Positions 55,262 through 64,000 of a stretch of DNA of 64,000 nucleotides are shown here, in pieces. The notes beneath the pieces are model-generated. The model searched no databases. It was given only the letters and a program-made list of their open reading frames with translations, and was not told the origin of the DNA. Source of the stretch: Eledone cirrhosa. Its lineage: Eukaryota. The stretch lies in NCBI GenBank assembly GCA_964016885.1, contig OZ024741.1:291462001-291526000 (forward strand), in the 5' to 3' direction. Made by a program: the position numbers and the translations under genes. Position 1 is the stretch's first letter; the number at the start of each line of letters is the position of its first letter.

Positions 55262-55522
55262 ATAAACGGAAAAAATGAAACGGAATTTCATTTCCCACTC
55301 TTAGTACGGCTGTTACTTAAATATAAGTATGTACACGTACATACATATATGTATACAGACGTACAGTAGTATGTATATATATATACATACATGCACACAC
55401 ATATATATATGTACGTATGGATTCACCGAACATTTATTATAATGCTCGGTGTGTTTGTAAACAAACATCCCGTATTAAGCCGTAGTGTCCAGCAACCATC
55501 GTTGCTGGTTTGTTCAACACTG

Positions 55523-55526
<4 letters not shown>
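55262..55526 (-). repeat. Partial copy of the 442-nt HHR family between (TA)n tracts
   Basis: Matches 63021-63290. Confidence 0.85.
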
Positions 55527-55566
<40 letters not shown>

Positions 55567-55567
55567 T

Positions 55568-55597
<30 letters not shown>

Positions 55598-55598
<1 letters not shown>

Positions 55599-56369
55599 CC
55601 CAACTCCTCAGGATCCGCCGCCTCTGCAGCCGAGATGCTGACTTTGAGTACCGGGCCCTTTCCCTAGTCAGCCATTTCATCCACAGAGGTTACCCCCCAC
55701 CCTCGTCCACACCGCCCTCACTCGTGCCCGTGCTGTTCCCCCCCCCGTCTACCCTTCCCATCACCTACCCCCCCCCCATACTACGCCTCCACCGCACCAT
55801 AATCCGCCTGGTCCGACACCTCCAGTCCGACCCCTCCACCTCCAACATCTTCCGATCCCCACCACTCCCCTCCTTCAAACCCGCACGCAATCTCCGCACC
55901 CTCCTCGTCCGCAGCTCCCTACCCCCCAACCCACGCTATTCTCCCCCCCCCCGGTTCCCTTCCCTGTTCCAAGCCTCGTTGCAACACCTGCCCCCACATC
56001 ACCAACACCACCACCTTCCAGGGTCCCAACGGCCACTCTCTCTCTGTCCGGCACACCTTCCGCTGCACCTCTCCCAACCTAGTCTATGGACTTCGCTGCA
56101 CGGAGTGAAGCGCAACCTACGTCGGACAGACTGGACGTCGCCTGATGGACCGTTTCACCGAACACCTCCGGGATATTCGTCTCGGCAGGAGTTCCCCCAT
56201 CGCCCGCCACTTTAGCTCCCGTGGACATTCTGCGCACCACCTCACAGTCTGTGGTCTACTCCAATGCTACGGAATACCCGCCATCCGGCTCAGGTTCGAA
56301 CAACGCACCATCTTCACCCTACAGACCCACACTACCCCCGTCCTGAACTCCCCACCCCTATTCCTTTAG
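55598..56369 (+). mobile_element. 5'-truncated Penelope-like (Neptune-type) element: RT thumb, Cys linker, GIY-YIG endonuclease
   Basis: SQLLRIRRLCS..RGYP; PCSKPRCNTCPH; FRCTSPNLVYGLRC..YVGQTGRRLMDRFTEHLRDI..IARHF..EQRTIFTLQT..LN; frameshifts and a stop; begins at (TA)n. Confidence 0.88.
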
Positions 56370-56610
56370 CCTTCGACCGCCCCCCCCCCCCCCACACACA
56401 CACACACATATCCCCCACTAACACCACTAACACAATGTGTAATTGTGTATATATATATGTATGTATATATGTGTATATAATTATATATATATCTGTATGT
56501 ATATGTATGTATATATATATATATGTGTGTGTGTGTGTATTTATATGTGTGTGTGTATTTTCATTTTCGTGGTGACTTAGTTTTTTGTATATATGTGTGT
56601 GCGTATATTA

Positions 56611-56729
<119 letters not shown>

Positions 56730-56756
56730 TCTGTGTGTGTGTGTGTATATATTTAT

Positions 56757-57172
56757 ATATATTAATAAAAGGAATTCCAACTTTGTCTGATTTACTCGTT
56801 TTATTTACAATCCTTTAATATTTATAATGGTATTAGAATGAAATAGTATGGTAGAATATTAAATGTTAAGTGTTAATTGAACAAGGACTTTCATGCTTTC
56901 GCAATCTTCAGGTTCATATTTTGTGGTGACAGTCAAGTTTGCAATTTTCAACCGTTGAAAACTGCAAACTTACGACTGTTGAAAATTGCAAACTTGACTG
57001 TCACCACATAATATGAACCTGAAGATTGCGAAAGCATGAAAGTCCTTGCTCAATTAACACTTAACATTTAATATTCTACCATACTATTTCATTCTAATAC
57101 CATTATAAATTTTAAAGGATTGTAAATAAAACGAGTAAATCAGACAAAGTTGGAATTCCTTTTATTAATATA
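56757..57172. repeat. Fold-back with ~195-bp arms carrying HHR motifs
   Basis: Arms are nearly perfect reverse complements; duplicated gttgaaaa.tgcaaactt at the apex. Confidence 0.95.
56878..56916 (-). ncRNA. Minimal type I HHR (mirror at 57014-57052 on plus)
   Basis: tgaac-CTGAAGA-t-tgc-gaaa-gca-t-GAAA-gtcc-TT-gttca. Confidence 0.65.
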
Positions 57173-57636
57173 ATCCTCTATACACAATCATACACACCCG
57201 TGTATATTTATCTCTTTCTCTCTCTATATATATATATGTATATGTACATGTGTGTGTATATGTGTATTTGTATGTATATATTTATATGTATGTGTATGTG
57301 CAGATGTGTGTATTGCTTACCACGTGTGTTTGTTTATTTATTTGTGTCCTTTCCTGTATCTCTGTCAACTTTATAATAATTTTTATTTTCTTGGATATTT
57401 GTTTATTTTTATGTGACGGCCTATTGCATTATATGTTTGTTCATTGTTTTTTTATTTTTTATTATGATTAATTGTGTGTGTACGTATGTAGGTGTGTGTA
57501 TATCTATCTCTATATGTGTGTGCGTATGTATGCGTGTATATATGTATGTATGCGTGTATATATGTATGTATGCATATGTGTGTGTATGTACGTGTGTGTA
57601 TATATATGTGTATGTGTGTATATATATATATATTTC

Positions 57637-58079
57637 GTCCCCTCTGTCATGTCAGTTAACACTTTCTCTCTACTGACCTCTTCCTCGCACTTCCACTCAC
57701 TCACTCTCTGTTTCTCCCCTTCTTACTTCCTCCCGTTCGCTACGAACCCGATTTTCCTTCTTTCTCACATCGGATTCACTAGCGAAAGGTCTATTTCATA
57801 CTCGCTCATGTATTCATCCAGCTTATGCTGACAGAATAACCATGTTGCTTGTGTTTCTTTCCAACTTCGGTTAGCTTTCCCCTGTGTTGTTTACTTGTCT
57901 CACTCGCTTTACGCGTTTCAATTGTCCCAATAACTTATTTTAGTTATTGTCACACCAACGTGAGGTATATGATTTTTAATGTGATGAAATACCAACGATC
58001 GTTGGCAAATCACTGATGAGGGACTCATTTTATAACATGTAATCCATGTGCAACCATGCAGTATTCTTCTCCCCATATT

Positions 58080-58083
<4 letters not shown>
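57637..58083 (+). repeat. Second copy of the 3533-3996 repeat
   Basis: Collinear homology; flanked by (TA)n. Confidence 0.85.
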
Positions 58084-58161
<78 letters not shown>

Positions 58162-58382
58162 GTATATATGTGTTTGTGTATTTGTCTACGTATGGAGATA
58201 TATATATGTGTTTATGTATGTGTATATATGTGTGTATGTATGTATATATATATATGTATGTGTGTATGTATATGTGTGTGTGTGTGCGTGTGTGTTTATC
58301 TACTTTTATATTTATTCTTTTTCCTTTCTTCTTCCTTTTCCAGCCTCACTTTTATATAGATTATATATATATTTTTTTAATC

Positions 58383-58690
58383 CACTGTCAACACTGACAA
58401 AGGAACGCTGTACTAGTTTCAAGCTTGTTAGCTATCGTCAGCAACGTATACCTTCCTGCCAGATAGTTGAACGTCCGAAAGTATATACTTTCCTTATGCA
58501 TATTAACGGCTGAGTAGCTCAATTTGCATATGGAGTGGGTTAATCTGCCGGGTGCACCGAAAACGATAAACGGAAAATATGAAACGAAATTTCATTTCCC
58601 ACTCTTAGTACGGCTGTTACTTAAATATAAGTATGTAAACGTACATACATATATGTATACAGACGTACAGTAGTATGTATATATATACAT
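58383..58690 (-). mobile_element. Copy of the 442-nt family with an intact HHR (58405-58447)
   Basis: Minus strand acgttg-CTGACGA-t-agct-aaca-agct-t-GAAA-ctag-TA-cagcgt. Confidence 0.85.
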
Positions 58691-60786
58691 TTAGGGAAAG
58701 AAATGATGCTTGCTTCTACATGTTGAAAAATATTTGGGCGTGAGTCCTTTATCGATATGTAGGCAAAGACACCTTCTTTGTCAACTATATTTCTCAGTTT
58801 TACATTCTCTTTCAAGTCCAACAATATTTCAGCCAACTCAACATTTTAATCTCCTGGCTCATAATTTTCTAGGTCTACAAACCAGAGTGGATAATCCATC
58901 TTTAATAGATCATTGTATCTTCTCTCAAAGTCTACATGAAGACCTTCAAGATGGGCAATACATGCAGCAATGTATTCTGATGTAGGAGCAGTGGTGTTGA
59001 AATTTTGAAATGATGCTAAATTTTTTTTCTCAAACTGTTTTTTTCCAAAATTTCAATTTCCCCATATAGCCTTTTATCTTCTGAGCACATGTGACTAAAT
59101 CTGATCTTCTACTTGCAGCTCTAAGTTAAACAGATTCACTGTTTTAAAAATATTACTCAGGTAGAATATTTTTGATTTAAACTCAGGAAGTCTTTCCAAA
59201 ATTTCCTTAGCTGTATCAGCTTGCTTCTTGGAGTTGTAATGAGTCATTTGGGATTGGAACATGAGAAAGTTTATTAATGGTTCCCACAAATTCACTAGTC
59301 TTTCAAGGCTCGGGCCTTTTGACAACCATCTTACTTTTGTGTGAAGCAATAGGGTTTTTAAATGTTCATCTTCACAGAATTGTACAAAAAATCTATTATT
59401 CACTGAGTTTGATTTGACAAAGTTAATTGCATGTATGGCAGTGTTGAGTGCTTCTTGCATGTCTCCTCCAATATTCTTAGCAACCAAATGCTGTCTGTGG
59501 ATAATGCAATGTATATAAAAGATGTGAGGAGCAACTGATTTCATTCTAGAAACAAAGCCTTTCACTTTTCCAGTCATGGCTGCAGCCTCATCTGATGCAA
59601 TGTTGATCAAATTAGTCAATGGAATATTTTTATCATTAAAATACTGCATTACTTCATTGAATACATCTTCTCCATTAGTAGTTTCAGGCAAACTTTTAAT
59701 GAATAACATTTCTTCCCTGATATCATCTTCATGGATGAATCTGACAAGGACCAGAAGGATAGCTTGGTTATCAATTGTGCTCTCATCAACCTGGATAGAA
59801 AACTTTGTCTTTTGCAGAATTTCCACCATTTTCTCCTCAACAAAATTAGACATTTCATCCTCTCTTCTTGTAATAGTGTCATTTGAAAGTGGAATTGTAC
59901 TCAGGGTAGATGCAGCATCATTTCCTAGAACCTCATTTGCACAAGCTATCATAGCAGGCTTGACAAGCTTCTGACCATAAACCTGAGGTGCTGCAACCTT
60001 GGCAATAATTTCAGAGACCAAATAACTTCGTTTGAGTGTCTTTGCTTTTGCAGTATTCATCTTCTTTACAAAGTCGGATAGTTTGACTGACTGTCTTTTA
60101 TTTTTATTCTCAAAATATTCCCTATCTTTACCAACAGATGATGGATGCTATGATTTCTGGTGCTGCTCCAGCTTAACTTTCTTCAAGGAATGATTTGTCA
60201 AGATGGCACCACATTCAAGACATATAGGTTTTGAGTCTACAGATACAAAGCCAAACATGATAACATTTTCTGTGTAATTCCTCAGTTTTGCCTTTTTAGC
60301 AGTTGGTTCATGATATGAAAAAAAAAAAAATAATAATAAATACTTTATTTCTATAAATTAGAAATATCAAATTTATTATCAAACAATATTGTGTAGTGAT
60401 CTATTAGCATAGGATACTTTTCTGGGTCCTTGTGGCGGATATATGTACCGAGTCTTTGCTATTCTCTTGAATATCTTACTATAATTTGCCGAATGTCGGT
60501 CTGTCTGTCGGTTTTAGTTATCAACGAAGAAGATTTCACGGTACGTACGTTCGTAACAAGTACCATTTTTATATGAATAAAAAAAATAAAATAAATATAG
60601 CACTGCATATCACCTACGTAATTTCGAAATTTTCAAATATAATGGACATGTGTTAAACAAAATATTATATTAGTTACATTTTTGTGAAATGGTTACAATT
60701 TTGTTATGGCTACGAATTCTCTGTGGACCATTAGAAATGCTATGTGTACCACCGGTGGTCCACCTGGACCACGTTGAGAATCACTG
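58691..60786 (-). mobile_element. Buster/Charlie-type hAT transposon, 3'-truncated, with pseudogenised transposase
   Basis: TIR cagtgattctcaacgtggtcc next to the TA-centred 8-mer gtttaaac; BED finger CLECGAIL..H; FSIQVDEST, SDEAAAMTG, HCIIHRQHL, VRWLSKG; stops near 60149 and 59095. Confidence 0.9.
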
Positions 60787-61369
60787 GTTTAAACCACAAG
60801 GTCGTCTCCTCGAAACGGATCGCAGCATAACAACTCGTCAATAATCTTTAATTCATACGATATACAGAGAGTATAGCTAAAGTGTTTATTAAAATTAATG
60901 GGAAAAACAGGTACAGCATTTGTTCCTTTGGCTAATGGTATATTCGTTGGAGTTGCTAATTAATTAATTAATAAACTGGGTTGAAGTTTTTGTGGATACG
61001 TTTGTATATAAATAAAACGTGTTTTCGCTCTTAACATGGCGGATACCTAAATGTATTCATGAGTGAATTTAGTCTTTTTAATTTTCGGCAAAGCCGACCG
61101 TAAAATTGCTCGGTGTGCAAAGCAAATGAGGCTAATCAACTGATGTATACATTTTAGAATACTATATATTCTCAGCAGTTTCAGTGTGTAGCAGTGATGA
61201 GAATACACAATCTCGATAAGGAGCAAAAATTCCGAAACAATTGTCGATTGTATTCTCTCAGCTACCGCTGGAACAAAATGATGGCGTTGGTTATCTAACA
61301 CATTATGTTTATGAGTCTGTTTGCTTGCAAACAAACCAAATATTAATAATCTTATGTTATTATTATAAT

Positions 61370-61784
61370 TGTTTCTATTTTTGGCACAAGGCCAGCAATT
61401 ACCCAATACATTACTGGTACTTTATTTTATCGACCCCGTAAGGATGAAAGGCAAAGTTAACCTCGGCGGGATTTGAACTCAAACCATAAAGGGGCGTAAC
61501 TCTTTTGCTGCAAAGCATAGCGTCAGACCCTCTACCGATACTGCCAATCCACCGACCTGTTATTATTATAATACGATATAATAATATTATAGGACGGTGG
61601 ATTGGCAGTATCGGTAGAGGTTCGGACGCCATGCTTTGCAGCATAGAGTTACGGTCCTTTACGATCTGAGTTCAAATCCCGCCGAGGTTCACTTTGCCTT
61701 TCATCCTTACGGGGTCGATAAAATAAAGTACCAGTAATGTACTGGGATAATTGCTGGCCTTGTGCCAAAAGTAGAAACAATTAT
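61370..61784. mobile_element. Head-to-head SINE pair (61370-61557 minus, 61592-61784 plus)
   Basis: Two full SINEs ~35 bp apart; the left copy has TSD tgttattattataat (61355-61369, 61558-61572). Confidence 0.93.
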
Positions 61785-62839
61785 TGTATATTAACAAATT
61801 TTGTCGTTTTGGAAGCCTCAACAATGCAGTAAATCTCCTGGTAACAGAATCCGGTGGTGAAGAGAGAAGAGAGAGATGTAAGAGGAAATGTAGAATGAGA
61901 CGTATAGCGTATCCATCAACTGGCGGGGGGGGGGGGGGGTCCGAAGGGGAAAGTTATCTGTCGGAGATGAACGGTACGTGGCCTCTGTTGTCCGCCGTTT
62001 GCGTGCAACTGAGATATGGATATGCGAAATTCGAAATATAGGGACAATTAAATCTCTCCCGTGTTATTATTTTTATTTTTACGCTCTTTCCTACGTTCCT
62101 CTACACACTATACATCTCATTCTACATTTTCTCTTACATCTCTCTCTTCACCACCGGATTCTGTTACCCGGAGATTTACCCTTCTGCATTGTTGAGGCTT
62201 CCAAAACGACCAAATTTTTTATAATTCCACAATGCTTCAAGCAAACTTCAATACTCTCTTATCGTATATTATATACATTTGTATATAAATTCACATGTTT
62301 TTAAACCTGCATTGTAAATTACAACTTCCCTATTTTTAACGACATTCATTTTAACGGAATTTTTTAAAACTATAAATAAAATGTTTTTATTTTTGTATAT
62401 TTATTTTTCAAACGTAGTTAATAAATCTTGTTAGACTGGATGTTCTCCCACACAGATAAGCAATCTTTGATATATCTTATGTTACACATAACAAGTCTGA
62501 CACATTTTTCTCTTCTGCCCCCTATATTCCATTACCTACCCTCATTCTCCGCTCTTTTTAAACTCCTTAAGTATAATGCACTGATTCCATTACATTTCCA
62601 TCACCCTCACTATCGCCTTTGCGACTGATTGTTACTATTCTCACTTTACTCTTTACTCCTTATATCATTCCCCCTCTTCTTGTCATGTTCACATCTCTCT
62701 CTCTCTTCCCTTTCGTTCACTCATATATATGTGTATGTATGTATATATATATATATATGTATGTATGTATTTATATATATATATATATATTTATAAATAT
62801 ATATATATATGTATTTATAAATATATATATATATGTATG

Positions 62840-62884
<45 letters not shown>

Positions 62885-62929
62885 ATATATATTTATATAT
62901 AGATATACGTATGTATATATATATGTGCA

Positions 62930-63023
<94 letters not shown>

Positions 63024-63389
63024 GGAATAGAATGAAACGAAATTTCATTTCTCACTCTTAGTACGGCACTTACTTAAATGTAGGTATGTATGTATACGTA
63101 CATACATATATGTATACAGACGTACAGTAGCATGTATATATATACATACAGGCACACATATATATATGCACGTATTAGTTTACCGAACATTTATTATAAT
63201 GCTCGGTTTGTTCGTTTGTAAACAAACAAACAGACTGAATTACGCCGTACAGTGTTTAGGCAACCACGTCACCTTTTTGTTCAACACTGACACAGGAACG
63301 ATGTACTAGTTTCAAGCTTATTAGCTATCGTTAATTTTCATATGGAAAGTATATACTTTCGGACGTTCAACCATCTGGCAGAAAGGTAT

Positions 63390-63432
63390 ACGGTGCTGAC
63401 GATAGCTAATAAGCTTGAAACTAGTACATCGT
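63390..63432 (+). ncRNA. Minimal type I hammerhead ribozyme
   Basis: acggtg-CTGACGA-t-agct-aata-agct-t-GAAA-ctag-TA-catcgt; palindromic CTAG loop III; predicted cut after 63426. Confidence 0.85.
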
Positions 63433-63831
63433 TCCTGTGTCAGTGTTGAACAAAAAGGTGACGTGGTTGCCTAAACACTGTACGGCGTAATTCAGGCTGT
63501 TTGTTTGTTTACAAACGAACAAACCGAGCATTATAATAAATGTTCTGTAAACTGATACGTGCATATATATATGTGTGCCTGTATGTATATATATACATGC
63601 TACTGTACGTCTGTATACATATATGTATGTACGTATACATACATACCTACATTTAAGTAAGTGCCGTACTAAGAGTGAGAAATGAAATTTCGTTTCATTC
63701 TATTCCATTTATCGTTTTCGGTGCGCCTGGCCGACTTAACTCACTCGATATGCAAATTAGGCTATTCAGCCGTTAATTTTCATATGGAAAGTATATACTT
63801 TCGGACGTTCAACCATCTGGCATAAAGGTAT

Positions 63832-63874
63832 ACGGTGCTGACGATAGCTAATAAGCTTGAAACTAGTACATCGT
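63832..63874 (+). ncRNA. Second, identical minimal HHR 442 nt downstream
   Basis: CTGACGA at 63838-63844 with the same stems. Confidence 0.85.
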
Positions 63875-64000
63875 TCCTGTGTCAGTGTTGAACAAAAAGG
63901 CGACGTGGTTGCCTAAACACTGTACGGCGTAATTCAGGCTGTTTGTTTGTTTACAAACGAACAAACCGAGCATTATAATAAATGTTCGGTAAACTGATAC

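Larger units (their letters stand above)
63021..64000 (+). mobile_element. Retrozyme/Penelope-pLTR-like locus: inverted partial unit plus tandem 442-nt units with HHRs (runs off the window)
   Basis: 63021-63332 is the reverse complement of ~63399-63709; 63330-63558 is repeated at 63771-64000; starts at (TA)n. Confidence 0.9.

Noticed and set aside
59095-60060. Domesticated ZBED8/SCAND3-like host gene
   Set aside because: In-frame stops, an intact TIR and target-like 8-mer, and 3' truncation indicate a dead hAT copy

Overview
AT-rich eukaryotic DNA saturated with microsatellites and transposons. The SINE and repeat content suggests a cephalopod (octopus-like) genome; this is an inference. I find no confident host gene, and most short ORFs in the track are microsatellite artefacts. 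Recognisable content: more than 20 copies of a tRNA-derived SINE; a young 5'-truncated Tx1-clade LINE with an intact 920-codon ORF inside (TATC)n; a young R4/Dong-like RT+RLE element and two other retro-insertions nested in one (TATG)n array; fossils of RTE, CR1/L2, CRE and Penelope-like (GIY-YIG) retroelements; a Buster-type hAT, a Tigger remnant, several MITEs, a non-autonomous Helitron and a 28-bp minisatellite. The most interesting signal is non-coding. About a dozen long fold-back (inverted-repeat) inserts sit mostly in (TA)n tracts, and many unrelated inserts carry type I hammerhead ribozyme (HHR) motifs. Two loci are tandem HHR-to-HHR units of 451 nt and 442 nt, which look like retrozymes (circRNA-producing, Penelope-mobilised). 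Six unrelated HHRs share an unusual U.U opposition at the base of stem II. All folds were read by eye and none was computed or tested.
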